A stretch of 44,060 nt of DNA from a virus (taxonomy: Duplodnaviria; Caudoviricetes). The notes under the pieces were generated by a model. The model saw only the letters and a list, made by a program, of their open reading frames with translations. It searched no databases and was not told the origin of the DNA. Shown here one piece after another: positions 27,161 to 35,141 of this stretch. Numbering within the stretch: position 1 is the stretch's first letter; each line of letters begins with the position of its first letter. The stretch lies in the IMG/VR virus record IMGVR_UViG_3300048848_000241, positions 1-44,060 of that record; one strand, 5' to 3'. The translations under genes and the position numbers were made by a program.

Positions 27161-27575
27161 GGTCGGCTTCCTTGCTCATCAGTGCCTGTAGCTTTGCAAG
27201 ACCTTCTCGGGCGCCCGGACGATAGGCGTCGTAGAGTTCGTCACGGATTCGACCGCCAGGGCCATCAGGATCGAATGCATGACCGCCAGCCCACCGATCC
27301 ATGCATGCGCTAGCCCCTGCGCAGGTTGAGCGCAGCGCAGCGTTCTCGGCCTTGAGCTGGTCGATGGTGTCAGCCCTGCATTGTGCTAGCCCGAAAGCAT
27401 CTGCGCCGTCCGCCTTGGCCTGGTCAACCTCGCGCTCCAGCCGCTCGATCTCCGCGAGCAGGGCCAGGATTGCTTGAGGGCTAGTCGCTTCCATGAACTG
27501 ATCCCATGCCTGCTCGTTCTCGGGATCATCGGTAGCTTTGGCGATTTCCTTCAGCTTTGCTTTGTCGATGGTCAT
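27153..27575 (-). CDS. Ead/Ea22-like protein
   Basis: MTIDKAKLKEIA..ATSPQAILALLAEIERL. Confidence 0.65.
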   Translation of the reverse strand: MTIDKAKLKEIAKATDDPENEQAWDQFMEATSPQAILALLAEIERLEREVDQAKADGADAFGLAQCRADTIDQLKAENAALRSTCAGASACMDRWAGGHAFDPDGPGGRIRDELYDAYRPGAREGLAKLQALMSKEADHD

Positions 27576-27775
27576 GGCTTGAGCCCCTTGATCCAGAGAT
27601 TGCCGATCCGAAACACCTTTACGTAGCCATGCCGCTCACTGAAACAGGGCTGGTAGGAGTCATTCACCCAGCGGAAGTGCAGGCCGTAGCCGAGCACCCG
27701 AAACCAGAAGTACCGGGCATTGAAGCCCTTGGCTGAATGCATGCAGAAGCGCGGGAACTGGTCGAAACGGTTCAT
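27572..27775 (-). CDS. Hypothetical 67-aa protein
   Basis: ATGA-coupled ORF, aromatic-rich. Confidence 0.6.
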   Translation of the reverse strand: MNRFDQFPRFCMHSAKGFNARYFWFRVLGYGLHFRWVNDSYQPCFSERHGYVKVFRIGNLWIKGLKP

Positions 27776-28110
27776 GGCGCCACCTTCAGGCCCTGGGCCT
27801 CGATCGCTTCCTTGGCCTCAACTCTGCGGCACAGGCCGAATATCTCGTCTGCATCCTCAACATCGCTCATGCTCGGGAAGAATTCATGATGGCGGTGCGA
27901 GTCATACGCGCCCTCGAAGCCAACTACCTTGGGCAACTCAACCACCACTGCCTCGCGGGAGGCTTCCCATGTGGCGAGCATGGTTTCCTTGAAGACCTGC
28001 ATATGCCTGGCCGCGCCAATCTCGCCAGCGGCTACGAAAGCGGCTGTCTCGCGCTTGTGCCACGCCTCGAACTGCTCGCGCACGGTGTCGCGCATCTTGT
28101 TGGTGTCCAT
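27772..28110 (-). CDS. Hypothetical phage protein
   Basis: MDTNKMRDTVREQFEAW..WEASREAVVVELP..AIEAQGLKV; GAGGAG RBS. Confidence 0.7.
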   Translation of the reverse strand: MDTNKMRDTVREQFEAWHKRETAAFVAAGEIGAARHMQVFKETMLATWEASREAVVVELPKVVGFEGAYDSHRHHEFFPSMSDVEDADEIFGLCRRVEAKEAIEAQGLKVAP

Positions 28111-28319
28111 CAGTGCTGCTCCTCGATCTTGTTCATCAGCCAGGCGGTAGGGATGGCAGCCAGCAGGATCGATGGGCCTGCCATCAGGGCGAGCTTTGCG
28201 GGCCACGAAAGGTCCAGCTCTACGGCGAACATGATCCACAGGGTGAAGGCCGCAGATGCCGCGATGATCACGGTCGGGGCCAGGACGATCATCAGCACTG
28301 CCTTGAGATAGGTACGCAT
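28110..28319 (-). CDS. Two-TM small membrane protein
   Basis: 69 aa hydrophobic, AAGGAG RBS. Confidence 0.6.
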   Translation of the reverse strand: MRTYLKAVLMIVLAPTVIIAASAAFTLWIMFAVELDLSWPAKLALMAGPSILLAAIPTAWLMNKIEEQH

Positions 28320-28407
28320 CAGTTGCACTCCTTGCCGACCTGAGGCCCGCGCTTGAACTTGGCCAGCAGCTGCGCACGGGCAGCGGCGCCGGTGGTGTGG
28401 ATATGGC

Positions 28408-29190
28408 TCACGATTTCTTCTCCTTCAGCTCGGCAATGGCGGCGCGGGTCTGGCGCTTGCGCAGGTAGGTGTCGACGCGGCGGCGCTGGGATTCCTTGAG
28501 GCGCTCGCGGTCCTTCTTGTCTTTTGCTGCGACGACGATGCAGCGGATTTCCGCCAACTTTTCGCGGACCTTCGGGCTGACCTTGGCGCGCACTTCCCCG
28601 GTAATTAGGCCGGCAATAGCCGAACCGTCTTCGGTGATGGGCGCGATGCGCAGATCGGCCAGGTACTTGGCCCCGGTTTCGTGGCTGATCAGCTGGGCAC
28701 GCACTGCCGACTCGATGGCCGTCACGCGGCGCCCGGCGTCATAGCCCAGTGAGACCTCCCACTTGGCCGGCTGGTCTTCGGCGCGGGCGAAGCTGACCAG
28801 GCGCTCGTAGGCGCTCATGAAGGCCATGCGAGCGCCGATCTTGTCGCCAGCCTCCAGAATTGGCGTGGAGGCGATCATGGCCTGGCGGATTTCAGTGGTG
28901 AGCACAACGGTTTCATGCTCGTCACTGGCCGCCAGGGCGATGGACCAGGCCTCGTCCTTGCCGGGGCGGGTGTCGGCGGCGTGGATATGCTTGAGGACCA
29001 TGCCGAGCGACAAGCGCCCAGCAGGCTCTCTGCGGCACGAACGCAGCGCACCAATAATGGCGGCAGGGTCATGCTCCGAAAGGTCCTCAGCGATGAGCTG
29101 AGCGCCCCCAGCGCTGATTGTCTGCCCCATTGCCTCAGCGGTTGCGCAGATCGCGGCTGCCAGTTCGGCGAGTTGGTCACAGGAAAGCAT
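28408..29190 (-). CDS. Replication accessory protein (position of P/helicase loader)
   Basis: Follows and overlaps the initiator gene; RPGKDEAW motif; no Walker A. Confidence 0.6.
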   Translation of the reverse strand: MLSCDQLAELAAAICATAEAMGQTISAGGAQLIAEDLSEHDPAAIIGALRSCRREPAGRLSLGMVLKHIHAADTRPGKDEAWSIALAASDEHETVVLTTEIRQAMIASTPILEAGDKIGARMAFMSAYERLVSFARAEDQPAKWEVSLGYDAGRRVTAIESAVRAQLISHETGAKYLADLRIAPITEDGSAIAGLITGEVRAKVSPKVREKLAEIRCIVVAAKDKKDRERLKESQRRRVDTYLRKRQTRAAIAELKEKKS

Positions 29191-30058
29191 TGCGCTTACC
29201 TCCCTGGCCGCTGCGGATAGCGTCCGCTGCATCATGGGCCGCGTTGATGTTCGCCTGCGTCTGCTCCTGCTGGCGGGCAGTGGTGGCGTTCATCTGGCGG
29301 TTGGTTACCCACTGGGTGTGGTAGGCCTCGGCCTTTTGCAGCAGGTCACCCAGGTTGTGGCACCCGTTGATCAGGCGGGCATCGTTGATGGTCAGGAAGT
29401 AGGCCGCGACGTGGTGCGCGACATCGATGCCGAGCCGGCTGACCAGCTGACCAACCTGCCCGGCTGTCTTCGCATTCCAGACAGGCCATGCGTGGTAGCG
29501 GTTCCGGTAGGCGATCGCGTAGTTGGCCCAGGCCTTGAAGGTCTTGCACTCAGGGTCTTTCGGGCCAGGCATGTCGGCTGGGATGGTGCAGCGCGGTTGC
29601 TTGGAGATCGCGACAACCACCCCCGTCGCGGCCGAGGCTTCAGCCTGGGTCGCAATAGGTTCAGTGACTGGTTCTTTTACAGCTTCAGAAGAGTGACTGG
29701 TTCTGGTGCTTTCTGGGCCTACAGGGGCTGTGGGTTTTGGGCCTACAGCTGTGCTTTTTCGGCCTACAGGGGGGCTTTCTGGGCCTACAGGGGCGCCAAG
29801 CGTCAGCTGGTACAGATTGGAGGTGTTTCCTTTAGGCCCCTCGCGGTTCTCGATCCTCAGCAGCTGCTGCGACTCGAGGTGCTTGATGTGCTTGCGCACG
29901 GTGCTACGGTCGATCTCGCACTGGTCAGCAATGTGCTGATACGACGGCCAGCACTCGCCCATGTCGTTGGCGTTGTCGGCCAGCTTGATGAGCACCAGTT
30001 TGCGCAGCGGGTTGCCGACCTTGGTCTTCATGGCCTTAACCATCAGCTCCATGCTCAT
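29177..30058 (-). CDS. Replication initiator (O-like, N-terminal wHTH)
   Basis: KLVLIKLADNAND.GECWPSYQHIADQCE; internal iterons. Confidence 0.88.
   Translation of the reverse strand: MSMELMVKAMKTKVGNPLRKLVLIKLADNANDMGECWPSYQHIADQCEIDRSTVRKHIKHLESQQLLRIENREGPKGNTSNLYQLTLGAPVGPESPPVGRKSTAVGPKPTAPVGPESTRTSHSSEAVKEPVTEPIATQAEASAATGVVVAISKQPRCTIPADMPGPKDPECKTFKAWANYAIAYRNRYHAWPVWNAKTAGQVGQLVSRLGIDVAHHVAAYFLTINDARLINGCHNLGDLLQKAEAYHTQWVTNRQMNATTARQQEQTQANINAAHDAADAIRSGQGGKRNAFL
29707..29795. repeat. Replication origin iterons
   Basis: GGCCTACAG cores at 29716, 29740, 29761 and 29782 (24/21/21-bp period) inside the initiator gene. Confidence 0.8.
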
Positions 30059-30378
30059 TGCAGCGTCTCCCAGGCAGGCAGCTGCTCAACATCATCGCCA
30101 AGCACATAGACTTCCATCTGGCGCTGCAGGACCGCCTGGCGCAGCGCGTCTGGCTGCATTCCAGTCAGGCGGCGAACGAGCACGCGCAGGGCAATGCAGG
30201 CATAGGCCGCTTCACACTTGGCCTCATGCAGAGAGTCTTCACAGGCTTCTTCGCTGAACAGGATCTCTTGCACCAGGTCCGCGCCGATCCAGGCCTTGTA
30301 GACGAGCTGGTCGTTGGATAGCTGCTCCATGTAGGCCTCGTCGATGACGATCGGAGAGTTAGACGGCTTGTCGGTCAT
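30055..30378 (-). CDS. Hypothetical protein
   Basis: ATGA-coupled to rha and the initiator gene; GGAGG RBS. Confidence 0.65.
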   Translation of the reverse strand: MTDKPSNSPIVIDEAYMEQLSNDQLVYKAWIGADLVQEILFSEEACEDSLHEAKCEAAYACIALRVLVRRLTGMQPDALRQAVLQRQMEVYVLGDDVEQLPAWETLQ

Positions 30379-31229
30379 GCCGCACCTCCGAGCAGGTCGG
30401 CATCGCGGTTCGCCCACATAGCGCGCAGCTTCGTCAGCCCCTTGCCGGTGACGCGGGCGGTGGCGACGGTGGTCTTGCCGTTCTCAGGATGCTCGAAGGT
30501 GCTGAGCTTTGCGGCCAGGTAGCCGCGCTCAATGGGCGCCTGCATGGGCTCGTTCTTGTGGATGGTCACCCAGCGGCGCTGACGCATGAACGCCATGAGC
30601 CGGTTCTGTCCGGTGCCGATCAGCTTGGCTGCCTCGGCAACGGAGTAGGTCTCATGCGTCACGGTCACCGCATCGAAGAACTCGACCTTGGGTGCGTCGG
30701 CGCAGACCTTCTGCTCGAGCGCGTGGTTCTCCAAGCTGAGTTCGGTGTTGTCGGCCTCCAAGGCGACGACCTTGCGCACGTTGTCAGTGAGCAGGGCCAG
30801 TAGAACCTTGGGGTCGCTCAGCGAAGCGATGTCGAAGGCGGGCTTGGCATGGGCCAGCCGCCAGAACTCCTTGACCAGGCGCTTCTTGAACTCGCGAACG
30901 ACCGGCGTGTTGCGCATGTAGGTCAGCAGCAAGGTGGCCTGCTGCTCGTTCATCAGCGCAATCTCGCGGGACTGCATGCCGCCTGCGGTCTCCAAGGGTT
31001 CGATTTGGAATCGCACCCCTCCAAACTCGCTGAAGTCGGCCTGGTACTTGCGAACCAAGGCAATCACGCTGGCGTGCTCATTGCCGGTTTCGTGAGCGAT
31101 GGTGCCGGTGGTCGTGACCGCCTCGCCGTCTACGACGGATACGATGGAAGCGCGCGCCACAAAATGCGAGCCACGATTTTGTGGCGCGTAGCTTTCTAGG
31201 GTATGTACAATCGAGTTCTGCATAGTCAT
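30375..31229 (-). CDS. Rha-family regulator fused to antirepressor KilAC (ANT) domain
   Basis: LMNEQQATLLLTYMRN..FKKRLVKEF (Rha) and ADAPKVEFFD..GQNRL..RVTGKG (KilAC). Confidence 0.85.
   Translation of the reverse strand: MTMQNSIVHTLESYAPQNRGSHFVARASIVSVVDGEAVTTTGTIAHETGNEHASVIALVRKYQADFSEFGGVRFQIEPLETAGGMQSREIALMNEQQATLLLTYMRNTPVVREFKKRLVKEFWRLAHAKPAFDIASLSDPKVLLALLTDNVRKVVALEADNTELSLENHALEQKVCADAPKVEFFDAVTVTHETYSVAEAAKLIGTGQNRLMAFMRQRRWVTIHKNEPMQAPIERGYLAAKLSTFEHPENGKTTVATARVTGKGLTKLRAMWANRDADLLGGAA
31153..31188. repeat. CGCGCCAC-N20-GTGGCGCG inverted repeat, copy C
   Basis: Read directly; within the rha 5' coding region. Confidence 0.85.
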
Positions 31230-31259
31230 AATCGGTCTCACATTTGTGATGTTGCAGAG

Positions 31260-31286
31260 AGCCGGGCCGCAATCCCGGCTTTTTTG
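31260..31286 (+). terminator. Plus-strand terminator antisense to the rha leader
   Basis: AGCCGGG-CCGCAAT-CCCGGCT followed by a T tract. Confidence 0.7.
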
Positions 31287-31513
31287 TGCCTGTTACTTTT
31301 GTGTCTGGTCTTCCTGTCCCTTATGAGTCCCTCGTTTTATCGGGCAGCTTTAGAATCACTGCCGCCCTGGGGGTCTGAACTGCCTGCCGCACCTTTGGCG
31401 CTGCGCGGCGAGCCGCTTCCTTGATCATCTCTCTCAATGATTCCGGGACAACGCAGTCCCCCTGTTCCGGTTTCCGCCCCGTTACGGCATTCGTCATGCC
31501 ACCTTCCTCCTAA

Positions 31514-31801
31514 TTAGGCCCTCAAACGGTTGGTATCCTCGTCTAGCAAGGCCTTCAGCTCCTGCACGCCCTGGGTCACAAGCTGCTGAATCAGGGCAGT
31601 TGTTGAACACTTGAGAGTTGTGGCCAAACTCACCACATCAGGATCACCAAGGAGCTCGGCGCCCATCTCAACCAGCTCGCGGCCGAGCACTGCTGGCTGA
31701 AGACCCAACGTGCTGGCAACCCTGCGGAGCTGGGCATCGCTGTAGTGGTTGAGCCGTACCTTGTGAATGTTGTTTTTCACGTGGCGTGGGTTGTCGTACA
31801 T
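31514..31801 (-). CDS. CII-position transcriptional regulator
   Basis: MYDNPRHVKNNIHKVRLN; directly downstream of cro. Confidence 0.6.
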   Translation of the reverse strand: MYDNPRHVKNNIHKVRLNHYSDAQLRRVASTLGLQPAVLGRELVEMGAELLGDPDVVSLATTLKCSTTALIQQLVTQGVQELKALLDEDTNRLRA

Positions 31802-31833
31802 GGGGCTCCGGGCTCCTTGCTGGTGAATTTGTG

Positions 31834-32025
31834 TTAGGCGGCTTTACGTTTGGCTTTGGCGACCTTTCTGTGCAGCGTCTCGATCGCCTTGCCAACTTCG
31901 TAGCGGGTGTCGCCACCCTTTGTGATTCGGAAAATTGTTGGCTGGGTCGTACCGCACTGCTCGGCAATGCGGGCCTGGCTCCAGCCTTGATCAGCCAAAT
32001 CGGCCAACATCTGTGCGATGGTCAT
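31834..32025 (-). CDS. cro: Cro-like HTH repressor
   Basis: WSQARIAEQCGTTQPTIFRI HTH; divergent from cI. Confidence 0.85.
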   Translation of the reverse strand: MTIAQMLADLADQGWSQARIAEQCGTTQPTIFRITKGGDTRYEVGKAIETLHRKVAKAKRKAA

Positions 32026-32058
32026 CTGGTCCACCAATGCGGTTTGTAATTAGCCATG

Positions 32059-32087
32059 ATAATACGCTACCGAATTAGCTCAGGCAA
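32059..32087 (-). promoter_or_regulatory. PR promoter with OR operator TAATACG-N4-CGAATTA (32060-32077)
   Basis: TTGCCT-17-TATTAT on the minus strand; the palindrome overlaps the -10 and spacer. Confidence 0.75.
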
Positions 32088-32124
32088 TACACTTCGCCCC
32101 CCTTTAATACGTCGGGTCGAAGCT

Positions 32125-32766
32125 ATGACGATCGCGCTACGACTGCGCACGAAAATGAACGAGAAATCCCTTTCGGAAAACGAGCTGGGGCGCCGGGCTG
32201 GCGTGCCACAGCCAACCATTCATCGGATCTTGCATGGAGACAGCAAGACCCCCAGGAAGCCTACGGTAGAGAAGCTGGCGCGCGCCTTGGGGGTTACCCC
32301 CGAGTGGCTGCTCTTTGGATCTACCCATGGGAATGTGGTATCTGTTCCGCGTCCACACAGGGAAGCTAAGGAGTACCCGGTGATCAGTTGGATAGCTGCA
32401 GGAGCGTGGGCTGAGTCGATTGAGGTCGGCCCCAACACGGAGATGCTCAGCTCGAATGAATACGTGGGTGAGCATGGCTATTGGCTGGAGGTACAAGGGG
32501 ACTCAATGACGCCCGCCCAGGGCAACGGCTTCACACCTGGAATGCGCGTCCTGGTGCAGCCGGAGGGGTTCGACCTGGTGAGCGGCAAGTTCTACATTGC
32601 GCGCTTGCTGCATACCGGGGAGAACACGCTGAAGCAGTACGTTCGTGATTCCGGCCTTGAGTACCTCAAGCCGCTGAACCCGGACTACAAAATGATCATC
32701 ATCGACGACAGCGTGGAGATCATCGGCAGGGTTGTAGACGTGAAATACCCCGCCTCCTTCCTGTAA
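32125..32766 (+). CDS. cI: CI-like repressor (HTH plus S24 autopeptidase)
   Basis: HTH SENELGRRAGVPQPTIHRI, AG cleavage site, GDSM Ser, TLKQY Lys, LKPLNPDY. Confidence 0.93.
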   Translation: MTIALRLRTKMNEKSLSENELGRRAGVPQPTIHRILHGDSKTPRKPTVEKLARALGVTPEWLLFGSTHGNVVSVPRPHREAKEYPVISWIAAGAWAESIEVGPNTEMLSSNEYVGEHGYWLEVQGDSMTPAQGNGFTPGMRVLVQPEGFDLVSGKFYIARLLHTGENTLKQYVRDSGLEYLKPLNPDYKMIIIDDSVEIIGRVVDVKYPASFL

Positions 32767-32785
32767 AAGCCCCTCCGCAATACGA

Positions 32786-32813
32786 AAAGCCCGCCGTTCA
32801 GCGGGTTTTTTTT
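32786..32813 (+). terminator. Terminator after cI
   Basis: AAAAGCCCGC-CGTTCA-GCGGGTTTTTTTT. Confidence 0.8.
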
Positions 32814-32828
32814 CGCCTCCGAGAAAAT

Positions 32829-32882
32829 TAATACGTTTTCGGATTAAAAGCGCTTGACCGTTTTAATTCGGTTTCGTATTGT
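32829..32882 (+). promoter_or_regulatory. PL promoter with two OL operators
   Basis: TTGACC-17-TATTGT; TAATACG-N4-CGGATTA (32829-32846) and TAATTCG-N4-CGTATTG (32864-32881). Confidence 0.8.
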
Positions 32883-32936
32883 TCGCTCCATCGAAGCGCA
32901 TTACCCCGCTCCGATGAGGGCCTCAAAAGGACCCAC

Positions 32937-32948
32937 CGCTCTTTCACA
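32937..32948 (+). promoter_or_regulatory. boxA-like antitermination element
   Basis: CGCTCTTTCACA versus consensus GCTCTTTAACA, about 50 nt into the PL transcript. Confidence 0.65.
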
Positions 32949-33247
32949 TCGATGGGAACCTCGCGGATCGATCCCGGCAACGGTACAGCGCGAGCAATAA
33001 ATTCGATCCCCATGCCAGCTCTGGAACTGGCCAGCTCGAAGCCATGCGGCGCGCTCCCTCATCGAAAGCGTCAAGCGGGCCAAGGGTTGAGCTGCAAACG
33101 CTCCCTGCCGGGTAGCCCTCAGAACGGGCTGATGCACTGGTACAGCGGGCCACGCCGGGGAACCGGTGGAGGCTGCAGCAAGCACGACCACGTATTCACT
33201 GAAGCACCTGGGCGACCGGGTGCTTTGGGAATCCAAGGAGATTGACC

Positions 33248-33400
33248 ATGAAGCACTGGTACATCGAGGCAAAGGTTCGGGACGCCCGGTTCTGGAACCA
33301 AATCGGCGTGATGCGTCGCAAGCACGGCGAGGAAGGCGCGGATCGTGCGTTCGGCCTGGCAAGAGAAGCCATTCGCCTGGCCCGGACCAACTGTCAGTGA
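33248..33400 (+). CDS. 50-aa basic protein, first PL gene
   Basis: AAGGAG RBS; MKHWYIEAKVRDARFWNQIGVMRRKH..; absent from the ORF track (<60 aa). Confidence 0.65.
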   Translation: MKHWYIEAKVRDARFWNQIGVMRRKHGEEGADRAFGLAREAIRLARTNCQ

Positions 33401-33466
33401 AAGCAGACGATTCCTCGGTGCGCCTCAAGCGGGGCGCATCAGGGGGAATCCACTGGAGGAACTGCT

Positions 33467-33757
33467 ATGCAATGCGAATGCTATAGCCGAGTGAAGGGCC
33501 TGATCGACGAGAAGATTCGGGAGCAAATGCCGGAAGGCTCGCAAGGCCTTGAGTTTGACTTCCCGTCGATCCGCATCGGCCTCACCGATAAGGGTCTGGT
33601 CACGATGCCGGTCTTCGATATCAAGGGCGAGTACCAGGCGCCTAAGAAAGCGGGCGGCTTCAGACGGGTGAAGATCGACACGTACATCGCTTCCACCTAC
33701 TGCCCATTCTGCGGGGTTAAGTGCAAGGCGGATGAACCTGAGGTGGCAGAAGCATGA
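33467..33757 (+). CDS. Hypothetical Zn-binding protein
   Basis: CEC at N-terminus and YCPFCG at C-terminus; GGAGGA RBS. Confidence 0.7.
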   Translation: MQCECYSRVKGLIDEKIREQMPEGSQGLEFDFPSIRIGLTDKGLVTMPVFDIKGEYQAPKKAGGFRRVKIDTYIASTYCPFCGVKCKADEPEVAEA

Positions 33758-33942
33758 CCCCCATCCCACCCAAGACCATAAGCATGACCGTCCGCGAGGG
33801 CACAACCGTAGCGATGGTTTTTGCTGGCGAGCTGGCCGACGGCCTTTTCGAAGCTGCCCGCCACCTCTCGGGCGCTGAGCGGCTTGAGCTGATTGAGAGG
33901 CTGCAGGCCGCGCACGCTGAGATTGAGGCGCGCGGGCGATAA
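33754..33942 (+). CDS. Hypothetical 62-aa protein
   Basis: ATGA-coupled. Confidence 0.6.
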   Translation: MTPIPPKTISMTVREGTTVAMVFAGELADGLFEAARHLSGAERLELIERLQAAHAEIEARGR

Positions 33943-33964
33943 CTGAGCCCCGGAGGGCAACAGC

Positions 33965-34165
33965 ATGGCGAAGCGGCCAACCAACCGCATCAAGTACAAG
34001 CTCTGGGATGTGAGCAGCACGATGGAGTTCGACGGAACGATTGACGAGGGCGTGTATTACGCGGCCTGGAGCCTGTCTATCGAAGACCGGAAGGTGCTCA
34101 TCGAAAAGCTGACCGAGCAGCAGGCGAAAGCTCAGGAGATGAAAGCCAGCGCCACGTCCGCCTGA
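33965..34165 (+). CDS. Hypothetical 66-aa protein
   Basis: GGAGG RBS. Confidence 0.65.
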   Translation: MAKRPTNRIKYKLWDVSSTMEFDGTIDEGVYYAAWSLSIEDRKVLIEKLTEQQAKAQEMKASATSA

Positions 34166-34200
34166 CGCTAACTGCCCGATGCCCTGCTCCCCATCGCAGG

Positions 34201-34329
34201 CCGTATCGGAGTGTGATCTGGATGCGCAGGCTGATGCGCGAACCTAGTCTCGTTGGCGGCTACTGAGACATCAGAGAGTTAGGCCGTCAGGCCGGAGATC
34301 AGCACCGGCCAGATCACACCCCGATGCGG
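34201..34329 (+). ncRNA. Candidate cloverleaf (tRNA-like) ncRNA with complementary loops
   Basis: 20-bp closing stem, GCGCA/TGCGC arm, central arm, GCCGG/CCGGC arm; loops GCTGA and TCAGC are complementary. Confidence 0.6.
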
Positions 34330-34480
34330 GCGAATCATCACCGCGCAATGCGGCCCCCTGCATCACCCCTTCCCTTCACATACGACCGCATCGGCATATG
34401 CCAGGCCACCTCACGGTGGGTCTGGTCACCCTGCGCCTGGCATATGACCGATGCGGCCGACTCTCGCCCTGGAGGCGTTC

Positions 34481-34726
34481 ATGAACCACGAACTCTACGC
34501 GGACAGCGCCCAGGCCCGCGCCCTTGACCGGCGCATGGCCGGCGACGACACGCCTTGGGCTGAGGGGATCACCTCAAAGCAGGCCAAGGCAAACAACCAG
34601 GCGTGGCTGGACATGCTCGCGCGGAGTGACAAGGCGCAGCGGGCCAGCAGTCGTAAGGCAATCAGCGGCGCCCTGGACAAGATGGAAGCCATGTGCGGCT
34701 CAGGCGCCGCCCGGAGGACAGCATGA
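34481..34726 (+). CDS. Hypothetical protein
   Basis: GGAGG RBS after a long hairpin. Confidence 0.65.
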   Translation: MNHELYADSAQARALDRRMAGDDTPWAEGITSKQAKANNQAWLDMLARSDKAQRASSRKAISGALDKMEAMCGSGAARRTA

Positions 34727-34950
34727 ACCAGCAAGATCTTGATCACCAGACGGCGGTCGGTTGGATCAACAGTGAGATCAACCTGTTGCGGCACACGATT
34801 GGCGAGCAGAACGCCAGCGCCGCGGTGCGCTCGGTCATCGTCATGGCGATGCTGCTCCATGTGATCAGCCTCGAGGAGAAGCAGGCGTACGAGGCGCAGG
34901 TTGACGCGATGTTCAAGGAGTACAACGCGAAGCTTAAGGAGGTCGCATGA
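34723..34950 (+). CDS. Hypothetical protein
   Basis: GGAGG RBS, ATGA coupling. Confidence 0.65.
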   Translation: MNQQDLDHQTAVGWINSEINLLRHTIGEQNASAAVRSVIVMAMLLHVISLEEKQAYEAQVDAMFKEYNAKLKEVA

Positions 34951-35141
34951 GCACGGCTCCGGTCAAATCGCTGATCGACGAACAGCTTGAGCAGATCGAG
35001 CGCACGCTCGCGGTGATCAGCTTCGGCATCCCTTTCAACGAAGCCGTTGGCCTGCCGCGTGAACTGCCGGTGGCCAGCCTGGAGCGCCGCCTTGGAGTGA
35101 CGATGAAGGGGCGCCGCATCGCGATTCGGGTGCGGCCGTGA
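34947..35141 (+). CDS. Hypothetical phage protein
   Basis: MSTAPVKSLIDEQLEQIE; AAGGAGG RBS. Confidence 0.7.
   Translation: MSTAPVKSLIDEQLEQIERTLAVISFGIPFNEAVGLPRELPVASLERRLGVTMKGRRIAIRVRP

Noticed and set aside
32944-33428. ORF-track calls of 60-175 aa across the PL leader on both strands
   Set aside because: No RBS, overlap structured RNA, atypical composition; the RBS-supported 33248-33400 ORF is preferred
34201-34329. Possible tRNA gene
   Set aside because: No TTCRA T-loop, no 7-nt anticodon loop, no CCA end; kept as an ncRNA candidate instead
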